Assembly: GCA_964016885.1 (NCBI GenBank)
Contig: OZ024741.1
Coordinates: 87,606,001 to 87,670,000 of the forward strand
DNA length: 64,000 nucleotides
Origin: Eledone cirrhosa
Lineage: Eukaryota
Reading direction: 5' to 3'
The position numbers and the translations under genes are program-made. The notes under the pieces are model-generated. The model saw only the letters and a program-made list of their open reading frames with translations. It searched no databases and was not told the DNA's origin. Positions 12,668-27,120 of this stretch are shown here, one piece after another; position 1 is the stretch's first letter, and the number at the start of each line of letters is the position of its first letter.

Positions 12668-13055
12668 GGAAATTGAGGGCACCGAATTGAGCCACGCGCC
12701 GCTGTAGAGCTGAGAAGAGGAGCGGAGGCAGGTGAGGTGGTGTTGGTCCAAGCCGGATTCGATCCGCCTGATAGAGGTCCTGCAATTGATGTCATCCCAA
12801 TTACGTTGGACCGTGGTATACTAGGGGATAGAGAGGCCTTCGCCTGTCCATCTCGGGAGCCAGCTCAGGTTCGGCTTTCTGGCTGAGACCTCGCTGACGA
12901 GAGAGCGACAAGAGGAGATAGAGGGGAGGTAGGCAGATAAAGTTAGGTCCGAAGCTGACGGAAGCCAAGGCCACCGAAGCTCGCTGGGAGTTTCACCTGT
13001 TGCCAGCTTGCGCTGTCGAAACTGACATTGCAGATGAGATCCGCAGAGCGTTGAA
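12668..13055 (-). pseudogene. CRE-clade non-LTR retrotransposon fragment (post-RT region)
   Basis: My minus-strand translation gives ICNVSFDSASWQQVKLPASFGGLGFR and QRNWDD...CLRSSSQLYSGAWLNSVPS, matching the CRE-type WxQxxLPxxxGGLG and SGAWLxxxP motifs; frameshifted; absent from the ORF track. Confidence 0.75.
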
Positions 13056-13700
13056 TGGTGATATATTTTAATTTTATTCTTTACTGGCTATGTTGTTTTT
13101 TTATTGCTATTTCACATCACCACTTGATTTTATTTTGTTTTGTTTGGGTTTTTATTTTATTTTATTTGTCTTTATATTTGACATTATATCCCTTCCCCTA
13201 CCTGTCATTCCCCAACTCTTCTCCCTCCATTCTTTCTCATCTTTCCCTCTCTTTTTTCTTCTCTCGTATTATTACTATCCTTTTCCTCTGTTTTCCATTC
13301 ATTGTTATACCCTATCCTTACATATCACCCCTACCGTCTATCAACCACCCCCTAACACTTCTCTACTCTGTCTACTATTAAATTGATCAACACCTCATAC
13401 CATCCCCTCCCGCTGGTTTTTCTTCTTTTCTTCATTTACCCTCTTCCATTTCGTTCTCCTTTTATCTCCTCTCCTCTCTTCTACTTCTATTTTTTTTTTT
13501 ATCTCGGCAAATAACCAATCAAGACAAAGAACGACAGAAAACTCCAGCTGAATGAGAAATGTTTATTATTTAATCAATTGCGAAACGCGTGTCACACCTG
13601 AATAAACTTAATGGTGGTACTTATTATTAATATTACACTCTGCTTATGAAGGAAATCGACCATAGTATAACACCAAATGTATAACAACATGTACTATACT
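13056..13700 (+). mobile_element. Possible Penelope-type 3' end
   Basis: Pyrimidine-rich tract, then CTGAATGA...CGAAACGCGTGTCA and AATAAA at 13548-13606. Confidence 0.4.
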
Positions 13701-13855
13701 TAAAAGAACCCACCTATAAATCGAGTGTTCAAGTTGGTAAACTAACAGTAACGTAAGGTTATAATTCTTAAACTACATACATATATATGTGTGTTTGTGT
13801 GTGTGGAGAGAGAGGGAGAGAGAGAAAGAAAGAGAGATATACATAATATACATTC

Positions 13856-13949
13856 ATACATACATACATACATACATACATACATACATACATACATACA
13901 TACATACATACATACATACATACATACATACATACATACATACATACAT
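13856..13949. repeat. (CATA)n array flanking R4-like element A
   Basis: Direct reading. Confidence 0.98.
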
Positions 13950-16900
13950 AAATGGCGACCGTTGTGGTCAGTGTCCGATAATCGGACGTGTGTAATTACG
14001 GCTTACATGAAGGCAACATACCATATATTGGAAAAAGTTGAGCTACATTACGCGGTAAGATTACATACAATAATTCTACATAAGTGTTTTAACTGTAAGT
14101 GTGTTGTAAAACACCTATTTATATGAACGATACATACACTTATGATATATGAACGATACATACACTTTAACATATAAATGCAACGTTGTTATATTACATT
14201 TATAAAGGAATATAAAAGTAACGTTTTCGATTCAGAAACAAAAACATAAGTGTTTGAACTGTGAATATGTTGTGAATAAGTTGTAGAACACCTATTTATA
14301 TGAATGATACATAAACTTTAACATATAAATACAGCGTTGTTATATTATGTTACATTCATAAAGAAATATACTAAGTAACGGTTCTTTTTGTTCTCGATTC
14401 AAACGATTCAAGAACAACGTTTAAAACACAGTTGTAGAATTAAAAACTAACTGAAAAGAAATATTACCCAAGCTGTGAATAACTTTAAATTTGATTCTGA
14501 CAGAACTTTGTCGAAACTTTTAAAGAAGATCATCGACTATTTTGAAAAATAAATACGAAATATTAGTGAATAGACGAACTCATCATGGCAAAAAGTACAA
14601 GTCTCCTTCGACCAAATCGCAACTACAACCGTTGTATACAGTGGAGCTACGAGCTTAACAAAGTATTATATGAAGCATACAAACAATCTGAACCCCAAAA
14701 GTTCGGTTTTATGCAAAGGCTAAAAACTTTATGGAACTCACCAACAATTTTGCTGAAATCCATCCCACTTCCACTGAAGAACAGCGAGAAAGGACAGCTA
14801 ACTCTAGTAGTAATTGTCACCACATCAACAACGAGGCTGAAATTCATGACTCTACTGAACAAACAGAGCACCAAAAACTTGTGGACACCCGACAAGTGAC
14901 ATGGAACGATATGTTTCAAGAGATACACAGCCTTAATGTGAGTGACAGACCATACAACACCAGAATCAGTAAAGAACCCACTAAATTGGAATTGGAAGCG
15001 GTGAATGAAATAGCTGGCAATTATCTGAAGGCTATACGATCTAAAGGTGTAGAAACGACATTTGAAACGCTTAATGTTTTGTTATATGTTTCAGCTGTCA
15101 CATTGCTATCATATAACACACATCTAAAACCACGCAATCAAGATACAAACAGAAAGCCTGAACCAGCGTGGATGCGAAATTTAAAAAGCAAAATTTTGTG
15201 TCTGAGACGAAGTATCTCACACATCGCAGTCGTTATGAAATGCAACATAGAGAGCAACTTCACACGACACCAGGAAGACCTAAAGAAAAAGTTAGACAGA
15301 CGATTTGGAGATACAAAATTTAAAACTTTGAACTCCAAATTACACCAGTTGAAACAACAACTCACAGCTACAACAGAAAGACTAAAATATAAGTCAACAG
15401 CACATAAACGACAAGTGCTAAATAGATTGTTTGCCAGAGATCCTAAATCAGTTTATCGCAGCTTCGGTGGCAAAAGCTCAATCCCTGTAAACGACACCCC
15501 TTCAAAAGAACAGGTTGAGAGCTACTGGAGATCTGTATGGGAAACGGATGACGGATTCAACAGACAAGCTAATTGGCTAAAAGAACTGGAACAGGACTAC
15601 TGCCAACATGTCCAGATAAAACAATATGTCATAGATGGGTCAATACTGGAAACAGCTCTACAGAAAATGTCGAATAGGAAATCGCCAGGCCCAGACCTCA
15701 TTACAGGATACTGGTTGAAGAATTTCACTTTCTATCGGCAAGATCTCACACGGCTGTTTACAGAAACCATTAAAGGCACACAAGAACTGCCCAGATGGTT
15801 ATCAACTGCCACTACTCTCCTCATTCCCCAAAATAGCCAAACCACCCTTGCTAAAACTTACCGCCCAATAGCCTGCCAAAACATCATGTATAAATTATAT
15901 ACTGGGTGCCTTAACCTGTTCTTACAGGATGACTGTGCTACCAACAACATCATAACAACTGAGCAAGCTGGTGGAAAGAGGGAGGTGTGGGGTTGCATAG
16001 ATCACCTACTAACTAACAAAATGATTCAGGAAAAAACAACAAAGAATCGCAGAAACATGACTGTCGTGTGGCTGGACTATCAAAAAGCATTTGATAGTGT
16101 ACCTCATGGGTGGATTATTAAGGCTTTACAGTTATCTAAAGTCCCACAACCATTGGTAGCTGCTGTTGAACGCCTGACCAAGAACTGGTACACCAATTTG
16201 ATCCTTAGAGGTGAGAAGGAGCAAGTTAAGACTGATAAGATACATTACCAGAAGGGCATCTTTCAGGGTGATAGCTTGTCAGTGCTACTCTTCGTTCTCT
16301 CACTGAATCCACTATCTTACCTACTCAGGAAACAAGGTGGACAAAGAAGTGGGCCCAGAAGTATCTCCCATCTTTACTTTGTTGATGACCTGAAGTTGTA
16401 TGGGCCAAATATCAATGACATCAAGAAACAATTGGACCTCATTACACAATTTTCAACCGACATCAAAATGAAATTTGGTGAGTCCAAGTGTGCATATTTG
16501 GCAATAAAACGTGGAAGAGCTGTGCCCTCCTCTAGAAATCTAGAGATGAACGGCCTGACAATACAACCTCTACAGTCAGGTGACAACCACAGATATCTTG
16601 GACAGGATGAGAATGTCAGATATGATGGACCCATAAATAAGGAGAGAACCAGAACTGAATACCTCAGAAGAGTAAAGAAAATATGGTCATCAGAACTGCC
16701 AGCATACAACAAATACATTGCCCACAATACTTATGCTGTGCCAATTCTAACGCCAACACTTGGCCTGCTGAACTGGTCATTGCAAGAACTAAGTGAGATG
16801 GATGTTAGAACTCGAAAACTTCTCAGTGTTACTGGGAACTTTAACATCAATGGTGATGTGGATAGGCTATACTTCTCACGCAAGGAAGGTGGCCGGGGTC

Positions 16901-17988
16901 TAAAATCAATATTAATAACATATGAGACCCGGATAGTAACACTGAAGCAACACCTTCAACAGAGGAAAAAGGATGGCAACCATCTTGCCCAGGTTTATGA
17001 GCATGAAAAAAAAAATATCATTAGAATAGCGACTGATCTGGAGGAGAGATATGGAATAAAGCCTGATATAAATCTCTCACCCAGAGAAATCGGAAGATCC
17101 TATTCAATGTTCAAACAAGATAAAAAAATTGACCAATTTACAGAAAAAGTTGTGCATGGATACTTGAGGCGTAAAACACAGACCATAGAGGGGATAAACC
17201 ACTCAAAAAGCCTGGCATGGAGTTCCGACAAGTTTATGACATCACACCTTGAGGGATATCTCTATGCAATACAGGAACAAGAACTCCCTACCAAATATCT
17301 GCTGCACAAAAGAGGAGGGCCAGCAGCTGACAATAAATGTAGGCTATGTAAAACAAAGATCGAGGATGTAAGCCACATTGTTGCCAGCTGCGAAAGAATG
17401 TCATCTCGCTACTACCTCCCCATGAGACACGATGGGATAGCTAGAACCATCTGGAACGCACTTCGGAAAACAAAATTAACAACAAACGAGGAAGAATATA
17501 TTGAGACAGATGGCACTAAGGAATACTGGTGGAACCTGAAAATAAAAACTGCCACCAAATTAAAGCACAACCGGCCTGATATTGTTGTTTGGGACCACAT
17601 ATTGAAAACGTGTTCTGTTGTGGAGATCAGCTGCCCACTTGATGTAAACGTTGTCAGAAAAATACAGGAGAAGGAGGACATCTACGTACCATTGATGAGG
17701 AGTTTACAAATCCAGTATCCAAGATACACCTTTAGCTTCATACCCATCATTATTGGAGCTACGGGTTATATACCAACCCGCTTGGACCAAAGTATGACTG
17801 AACTTGGATTTGCGGACAAAAAGCGCAGCTCCCTAATTCATAGTCTATAAATGGCTGCGATAGCTGGCACCTTCAAAATTCGCAAAACTTTCTTGCGATT
17901 CAAGGGATGACAATTTCTTTTCTTTTACAACCTTGCCACCAGGAAGGTGGCCGGTCAAAAAAATATACTCGAAATTAAGAGAAAGAGA
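13950..17988 (+). mobile_element. R4/Dong-clade non-LTR retrotransposon, family A, apparently full length
   Basis: (CATA)n on both sides; about 630 bp 5' UTR with an internal duplication; single long ORF; short 3' UTR. Confidence 0.9.
14585..17910 (+). pseudogene. RT + CCHC zinc knuckle + restriction-like endonuclease ORF (frameshift near 14740, premature TAA at 17848)
   Basis: KSPGPD, YRPIACQN, WLDYQKAFDSVPH, GIFQGDSLS, YFVDDLKLY, YLG, CRLC..HIVASC, RHD, RPDIVVWD..VVEISCP..KEDIY. Confidence 0.92.
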
Positions 17989-18008
17989 CATAACATACAT
18001 ACATACAT

Positions 18009-18251
18009 GTCATAAGCAGCTGTCCAAAGATGTCATCGCGGTACAATCTACCTACATGCACAGATACAACTCAAAAGATACACATCCATACATACAATAA
18101 CACCCATATCTACACATGCATGCATGCAGACATGCATACATATCTACCTAGTTGATGTTGTGTAAATTCCAATGAGAGAGTCTTGTGCCCATGTTAGAAA
18201 CCGACTCTCTCTCTATTGGTAAAACTTTGTGAAATTATAAAACCAGAAGAA
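18009..18251 (+). mobile_element. R4-like family B 3' fragment
   Basis: Ends TATAAAACCAGAAGAA plus (CATA)n. Confidence 0.85.
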
Positions 18252-18309
18252 CATACATACATACATACATACATACATACATACATACATACATACATAC
18301 ATACATACA

Positions 18310-18340
<31 letters not shown>

Positions 18341-18341
<1 letters not shown>

Positions 18342-18727
18342 CCTGTGATTATTAGGACGCTGGGATATGTTAGTAACTGCCCAAGTGCAAATCTTGAGAA
18401 GCTGGGCTTCACAGAAACAGAAAGAACACAACTACTTAGGAAGTGACAAGTACAATCCATTAATAATATAGTAAAAATATGTAAAATATTCCATTAATTC
18501 TGCATATTATAACTGCAGATACACATTTACAGATACAAAACATATGCACATGCACATATATATAACTCAAAACATCCACATGCAATAACATCTATACCTG
18601 CAAACACACGCATGCAGACATCCATACATATCTACCTAGTTGATGTCGTTTAAATTCCAATGAGAGAGACTTGTATCTATGTTAGAAACCGACTCTCTCT
18701 ATTTGTGAAATTATAAAACCAGAAGAA
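18341..18727 (+). mobile_element. R4-like family B 3' fragment
   Basis: Homologous to 22766-23159; same terminus plus (CATA)n. Confidence 0.88.
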
Positions 18728-18813
18728 CATACATACATACATACATACATACATACATACATACATACATACATACATACATACATACATACATACATAC
18801 ATACATACATACA

Positions 18814-19112
18814 TGGTGGCTGCCAACTCGTTTTCGAGTACGGCCACTACTTTACATCCATGTAGGATAACCCCTACCGAAGCGCTGAACGAGTGTGACT
18901 TTTTAGTCCAGCCAGCGACTTGAAACCTCTGGTACAAACACTACACCTGTGACAATCATTGACACATAGTGCTAGGCCCATGGTAGGACAATTATTGACA
19001 CATAGTGCTGGGCCCATGTGAGGACAAGTGCAGAGAGATCTCCAGATATAAAGCAATGCCTGTGCCGTGAAGCTTTTATAGTGAGCAAAGGCACTGCACA
19101 AAGCCAGTCCCA
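18814..19112 (-). mobile_element. RTE-derived short element, 5' truncated
   Basis: Homologous to 7116-7385; encodes CSVCTRGFKSLAGLKSHTRSALR*. Confidence 0.8.
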
Positions 19113-19187
19113 CATACATACATACATACATACATACATACATACATACATACATACATACATACATACATACATACATACATACAT

Positions 19188-22100
19188 TCCATCAGTCAAC
19201 GCGATCAGTCGCACATTTTGGCGTGGGAGACTATTTATTAAATTTAAGATGAATACTATCTCCGACAGTAATGCCACAACTACAGCCAGGTTGAATAACT
19301 GGTTATTCTTCTAACTATCCCTTCTGAAGACACCATTTATTCGAATTCGTAGAGATATCCGACTAAATACATAATTCATTTTACAAGGATTTGCTACAAA
19401 CAGCATGGCTGAACACAACATCAACAAGAAAATTAAGGAAGTATCGAAGACAAATAACAAAGAAGGTAATCAAACTTTATTCAGTTGTAGCTACAGAAGA
19501 AACCGAAATTATAAATCGCATTTCTCTTGGAGTTGCGAACTTAATAATGATTTATTTAATTGTTATAAAATGGCAAAAAACAATAAACATGTTATCAACA
19601 ACACGTGCTACAGGTCGCCATGCTACTAGACTTCCTAGCAGCCAGGTCGAACAATGCCTTGAAACAACTATACCTGTAAGAAACTTGACACCACCTGTAC
19701 CATCTAAGTCTACCTCGAATGCTGGCGAAAACACTATCGATAATAATAATAATCGAAGAAATAATAATAATAATCGAATAAATGTGACACCACGTATACC
19801 ATCCGAGTGTACCTCGACTGTTGTGGAAAATACTATCGTAATGATAATCAAAAGTATAAACAATTGAAATTTTCCCTCAACGAAATCTTCCAGAGAGAAA
19901 TAACTCATGTATAAATATCTCTCTGGCTGAACGTGTTAAAATGACAATGGTGAATAAAACACCAAATAATGAAATACTACGTGTTATTGACGAAATAGGG
20001 GATGAATATTTACGACGGATAAAAACCCCAACATTTTGGCAAATCAACGCCTGTTTATATGCCTTAGCAATGACAGTGAAGCATTATCTTGGTGATAGCA
20101 GAGATATTAACAAGAACAAAACACCACCAAAAATTCCATCATATATAACTAAAATAGAAAAAAAGAGTGCTGACCTACGAAAAAACATAGGACATGTGAC
20201 AATGCTCCTTACATGCAAACAAACACAAAAACACCTCACTCCTCACCAACAAACAGTGAAAAATAAAATAGAGACAATGTTTGGTAACAGTAGAACCAGA
20301 ACTCTCCAATATAAGCTGATCACCCTCAAACAAGAATTGAGAGCTGTTAGCGAAAAACGCCGATACCTGAAGAAGGTAGATGAGAGAAAAATGCTTAATA
20401 AAAGGTTCAGACGAAACCAAACATCAGTCTATAGAGATATGAAGGGCAAAATAATAAGTGTCACTGAGGCCCCATCCCAGAAAGACATAGATTACTTTTG
20501 GAGAAAAATATGGGGTGAAAAGAAGAATTTCAACCAAGATGCAGTGTGGCTAAGAGAAATCCGAAAGAACTATTGCTCCTACACTACAACAAAAACATAC
20601 GAAATAAGTGAGGGTACCCTTGAGACTGTGATAGGAAAACTCCAAGATAAGAAAACACCAGGAAGAGACATGATTGTCGGCTACTGGTACAAAAAACTAA
20701 TATTCTATCGGAGGTATCTTACTGACCTCTACCAACAAGTTCTTAAGGGAGATACACTTATACCAGAATGGTTGACATTAGCACAAACGTTACTGGTCCC
20801 CAAGAACAAAGACACCCACTTGGCAAAAAACTACCGACCCATTGCATGCCAGAACCTGAAGTATAAGATGTATACAGCCTGCCTGAACCTATTCCTCCAA
20901 GATCACTGTGAAAATAATAACATCATCACAGATGAACAAGCAGCTGGAAAGAAAAGGGTTTGGGGATGTGCTGAACAACTCCTAATCAACAAAACTGCGA
21001 TGTCGGAGGTGCGACAACTTAGGAGGAATATGGCTACAGTCTGGCTGGACTACAAGAAAGCTTTCGATTCTGTTCCCCACTCTTGGATGATAGAGGCCCT
21101 CCAACTTGCTAAAGTCCCAGACATTATTGTCAGAGCCATAGAGAGGCTGTCTTCTTCTTGGGCTACTATCCTAAGGTTAAAGACAGAGAGGGAGGACTCT
21201 ATTTTCACTGATAAAATAAAATATTGCAGGGGTATATTTCAGGGGGACAGTCTCTCTGTGATATTGTTCATCTTGTCATTAAACCCCTTGTCCTTTCTGC
21301 TCAAGAAATGTGAGGGATACATCATTGGCTCACAAGACAGAAATACGAACCTAACCCATAACTTCTTTGTGGACGATCTGAAACTCTATGCCAAGAACAT
21401 GGATGGGATGAAGAAAAATCTTGACCTGGTTACAACGTTCTCAAAGGATATAGGAATGGAGTTTGGCCAAGATAAATGCTCATACATGACTGTAAAGCGG
21501 GGAAAAACAACAACCCAATCTAGCAACATTGTCATCAATGGTCTAACTGTTTCACCAATATCTGATGAGGACTGCTACAGATACCTGGGGATAGATGAGA
21601 ACATATCCTATAATGGTATCTGTAATAAAGAACGCGTAACCAGGGAATACTACACCCGATTAAGAAAGATCTGGTCATCGGAACTCTCTGCACAAAACAA
21701 AACAGTGGCTCACAATGTGTTTGCTGTGCCTGTCCTAACACTAACTTTTGGAATACTCAATTGGACGATAGACGAAATCCGAGCAGTTGATGTTGGAACT
21801 CGAAAAATACTGAACAACACCGGAAACTTCCACATCAACAGTGACATAGGCCGCCTTTACTGAAACGTAAGCAGGGAGGCAGAGGCCTAACATCAGTCCA
21901 GACAACATTTGAATGTCGCATCATATCTCTCCGACAACATCTACGAACCTCGAAGCGTAGGAGCCCGCTTCTCGAGCAAGTCTATCTACATGAAACAGAT
22001 AAGATCATGAGAGTTGGGAAGGAACTCCTTGAGAGATATTCCCTGTGTGATAATCAAAAACTCACACCCAGGGATATCGCTCAGCAGTATCGCAGTGAAT

Positions 22101-23159
22101 CCATGGATGAAAAACTGCATGGCTATCAGCAAAAAATCATCCATCGATATATTGCCAGGAAGCTCCAGAGTGAGAGTAATATAGATAAGGAAAGTAGTCT
22201 ATCTTGGACCAACAACAGCTATATTGGCTCCCACTTTGAAGGATACGCTTTTGCAATCCAAGAACATGAGATTAGCACGAAATACCTGATTCACAAAAGA
22301 GATAGGGATGCAGGCAAAACACCTAGATGTGATTACAAGTGCAGACTCTGCAGAACTAACATCGAGGATATCACCCATGTCATCAGCAGCTGCCCAAAGA
22401 TGTCATCGCAGTACTATCTACCTATGAGGCATGATGTAGTGGCCAAAACACTGTACAATGCAGTTCGTAAAAAAGATAGCCCCGATAATAAACACATTAA
22501 AAGCTACAACAATGTGGAAGACATCCATGTACATAATATGAAAGAGTACTGGTGGAATGTTCCAGTAAAAACCCCAATAAAATGCAGGCATAACAGACCA
22601 GATATTATGATATGGGACAGGGAGAAGAAAACATGCACAGTAGTGGAAATTAGCTGCCCAGCAGATGCCAATATAATATCAAAGATTAGTGAAAAGGAGA
22701 ATATTTATGCAGAACTGATGAGAAATCTGCAGATACTCCACCCTGATTACTACTTCAGATTTATGCCTGTGATTATTGGGGCACTGGTATATGTTAGTAA
22801 CTGCCTCAATACAAATCTTGAGAAGCTAGGCTTCACAGGAACAGAAAGAACACAACTAGTTAGGAAACTACAAGTACAATCCATTAATGGAACAGTAAAA
22901 AATATGTAAAACATTCCAAAACTTTTGCATCTAATAACTGCATATACACATGTACAGATACAAAGCATATACACATGCACACATACAACTCAAAACATCC
23001 ACATCCACACATACAATAACATCCATATCTACACATGCATGCATACATACATACCTACCTAGTTGATGTGTAAATTCCAATGAGAGAGTCTTGTGTCTAT
23101 GTTAGAAACCGACTCTCTCTCTATTGGTAAAACTTTGTGAAATTATAAAACCAGAAGAA
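19188..23159 (+). mobile_element. R4/Dong-clade non-LTR retrotransposon, family B, near full length
   Basis: Flanked by (CATA)n; RT and RLE ORF pieces; CA-rich 3' UTR. Confidence 0.9.
19941..22934 (+). pseudogene. RT + CCHC + RLE ORF split by frameshifts near 21861 and 22900
   Basis: WLDYKKAFDSVPH, GIFQGDSLS, FFVDDLKLY; shifting frame at 21861 restores KRKQGGRGL; CRLC..HVISSC, RHD, RPDIMIWD..VEISCP. Confidence 0.92.
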
Positions 23160-23190
23160 CATACATACATACATTATATACATATATACA

Positions 23191-23510
23191 TGATGGCTGC
23201 CCCCTCGTTATCGAGTATGGCCATTGCACGATATACCATTATTAATAATTATTAATTAATTCTATCGTGCAATGCCTGTGCGTGAAGATATTTTTTAAAG
23301 TGAGGAAAGACTGTGCACTGAGCCAATCCCACTCTCTGAGCGACAGTAGCTATAACCCGAAAAGAAGAAAAGATCAACATCCGCAGGTTTTATATCGGAG
23401 TTATCCCAGTTTCCTGAGTTGCCTTCTCCTAGAAGAATGGCCTGACAAAGGATAGGGGTCCTTCACTCCCAGTGGTTTAACCGCGCGATCGGGTGTCCAG
23501 CCCGACTATT
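23191..23510 (-). mobile_element. Diverged RTE-derived short element
   Basis: TGATGGCTGC..CTCGTTATCGAGTATGGCCA terminus and CCTTCTCCTAGAA motif shared with the 7116 family. Confidence 0.6.
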
Positions 23511-23568
23511 TATATGTCCCCACATATATACATACATACATACATACATACATACATACATACATACA

Positions 23569-24164
23569 TGGTGGCTGCCAACTCGTTTTCGATTACGGCC
23601 ACTACTTTATATCCATGTAGGAGAACCCCTACCGATGCGCTGAACGAATGTGACTTTTTAGTCCAGCCAGCGACTTGAAAACTCTGGTAGAAACACTACA
23701 CTTGTGACAATTATTGACACATAGTGCTGGGCCCATGGTACCATGTGACGACAAGTGCAGAGAGATCTCCAGATATAAAGCAATGTCTGTGCTGTGAAGC
23801 TTTTATAGTGAGCAAAGGCACTGCACAAAGCCAGTCCCACTCTCTTAACCAAGATGATATTTACCAAAAAGAAGAACAAGTCAACATCATTGGATACCAT
23901 CGGGGTTGCAGGTGTTATATCAGAGTTTTCCTTCTCCTAGAATTCTGCCTTAACAAAGGCTAAGGGATCATCTCTCCCGGTGATTTTGACTCTTAAGAGC
24001 TCCCTTGCCCTTTGACAGGTTTTGTTTTTAGTCCTGCAGGATGTCCAAAGTCACCCTCCTCACCAAGAAACCTTGGTGGGGTTGCCAGTTTAGTCGCCAA
24101 CGACCCGACCATGAGACAGGTTGTACTGGGATACATGTTACCAGTAGCACCAACTGGTGACCTG
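23569..24164 (-). mobile_element. RTE-derived bipartite non-autonomous retroelement (longest copy)
   Basis: Near-identical to 7116-7669 with about 55 additional 5' bases; (CATA)n on both sides. Confidence 0.8.
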
Positions 24165-24211
24165 ACATACATACATACATACATACATACATACATACAT
24201 ACATACATACA

Positions 24212-24245
<34 letters not shown>

Positions 24246-24254
24246 CATACAGGC

Positions 24255-26880
24255 ATACATTCAGATAGATGCGAGTAATAGCATATATGGTGTGGGTGAC
24301 TATTCAATAAATTTAGGATGAATACTATCTCCAACAGTAATGCCACAACTACCAAGCATATTGAATAACTGGATATTCTTCTGATTCCATTCATTGAAGA
24401 CACCTTTTATTCGAATTCACAGAGATATCCGTCTAAATACTAAATTCACTTTACAACGGTTTGCTACAAGCAGTATAATTGAACATAACATCAACAACAA
24501 CAACATTAGTTGTTAGATAAACAATTTTTTTAGTTGCAGCTGCAGAAAAAACCGAAATTATAAATCGTATTTCTCTTGGAGGTACGAACTTAACGATATA
24601 TCTAACTGTTATAAAAGGGAAAAAAAGATTCCTCCGTTGGCTATATGAAGAGAATGTAGTTATAATGGGACAAAGTACATCCAGATCTAAATCGTTTACC
24701 ATCCAAACAATTACGCCAACAAGTAACGTTTGTTGAATGTAAAAATAACATGAACATTATTCAAAGTAAGTCCCCCAGATCGAACATGCAATCAACAACA
24801 CGCGCTACAGGCTGCCATGTTACTAAGTTTTCTTGCAGCCAGAACGATTATCATCAAATAACAGCAAGACACAATTAGTCCCTTGAAACAGCCATGTCGG
24901 TAACGAATTTAGCAACACGTGTATCAACTGATTTTACCTCGACTGCTATGGTATTTCGCAGTCACGTTGATCATCAATATCAAAACACTGTCAATGATAA
25001 TACGTCTGCTATTAACAGGGAAAGCCAAAAGTATAAACAATTAAAATATATCCTCAGCGAAACTTTCCAGAAAGCAATCAATTTATGTATAAGTATTTTT
25101 CTCGTGGGACGATTTAAACAAGAAACCAAATAATGAAATTCTGCGTGCTATTGACGAAATTGGAGGTGAATGTTCATGACAAATTGAAGCCCCTACATTT
25201 TGGCAAATTTTCATCTGCCTATATACGCTGGCAATGACAGTGAAACATCATCTTGTTGATAATAGAGATGTCAACAAAATCAAAATAAAAAATGCTATCA
25301 TATATTACAAAAATGAAAAAAAAAGACATACGAAAAACTATAGAATATGTGACAATGCTCTTCACATACAAACAAGAAATCACTCCTCACCAACGAAGAG
25401 TGAAAAAGGAAATAGAAACGATGTTTGGAGACATTACAACCAGAACTCTTCAATCCCCCTCAAACAAGAGAGCTGTCAGCGAGAAACTTCGATACCAGAA
25501 GAGGGTGGCTGAAAGAAAAATGCTTAATAAAAGATTCAGCCGAAACCAAACATCAGCCTATAGAGATATGAAAGAAAAATAGGCCCCATCCCAGAAAGAC
25601 TTAGATTCCTTCTGGAGAAAAATATAGGGTAAAAAGAAGAATTTCAACCAAGATGCAGTGTGGCTAAAAGAAATCCAAAAGAACTATGCCCCTTCACTAC
25701 AATAAAAGCAGACAGTATCAATGATGATACCCTATAGACTGTGATAGGAAAATTCCAAGATAATAACGCACCAGACTTGATTGTCGGCTACTGGTGCAAA
25801 AAGCTCACTTTCTATCGGAGGTATCTTATCGACCTCTACCAGCAAGCTTTCAAGGAAGATGCCCATATACTAGGGGGGGGGGGTGACTTTAACACAAAAA
25901 ATATTGATCCCCAAGAACAAAGACACCCACTTGGCAGAAAACTACTGACCCATTGCATACCAGAACCAAATGTGTAAAATGCATACAACCTGCCTGAAAC
26001 TATTTCTCCAAGATCACCGTGACAATAATATTACCACAGATGAGCAAGCAGCTGGGAAGAAAGGTGTTTAACAAAACTGCGATGTCAGAGGTGCAGTGAC
26101 ATAGGAGGAACATGGTTACAGCCTGGCTGCACTACAGGAAAGCATTCAATTCTATTCCTCACTCTTGGATGACAGAGGCCCTCCAACTTGCTAAAGTCCC
26201 AGGCACCGTTATCAGAGCCATATAGAACCTATCTTCTTTGAAGGACCCTATTTCACTGATAAAATAGAATATTGCAGTTTTTATATTTCAAGGAGACAGT
26301 CTCTCTGTGTCACTGTTTATTCTGTCACTAAACCCCTTGTCCTTTCTACTCAAGATATATGAAGGATACATAATTGATCGCGGGAAGACAGGAATACAAA
26401 ACTAATCCATAATTTCTTTGGGGGTGAATTTTATGCCAAGAACATAAAATCCATGGATGAAAAGCTGCATGCTTATCAACAAAAAATCATGCATGGCTAG
26501 AAAGTTCCAAAATGAGAGTAATATAGATAAGCAAAGTAGTTTATTTTGAACCAATAACCGCTATATTGACTCCCACTTTGAAGGGTATGCTTTCCAAAAA
26601 CAAGAAATAACTACAAAATACCTGATTCAAAAAAGAAATGGGAATGCAGGCAAAACCCCTAGATGGGATAATAGATGCAGGCTCTGCTGAGGTAACATTG
26701 ATATCACCCATATCAAAAGCAGCTGTCCAAAGATGTCATCACGGTACTATCTACCTATGAGGCATGATGCAGTGGCCAAACACTATACAATGCAATCCGT
26801 AGAAAAATATCCCCGACAATAAACGTATGAAAAGTTACAACAATGTGAAAGGCAGATACATACATAATATGAAAGAATAC
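24255..26880 (+). mobile_element. Heavily decayed R4-like family B copy
   Basis: Collinear with 19188-22550 with many stops, frameshifts and deletions. Confidence 0.88.
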
Positions 26881-27032
26881 GGTTTACATAAGAAATACTC
26901 TATAATATATCTTGATCAATAACACTTGGAAGTGATTGAAGATAAGAATATTTTAATTTTTTTATACGATATTTACATAAATAATTTATTTATACGATAA
27001 TTACATAAATGTTCGATATATATGTACATATA

Positions 27033-27114
<82 letters not shown>

Positions 27115-27120
27115 TATATA

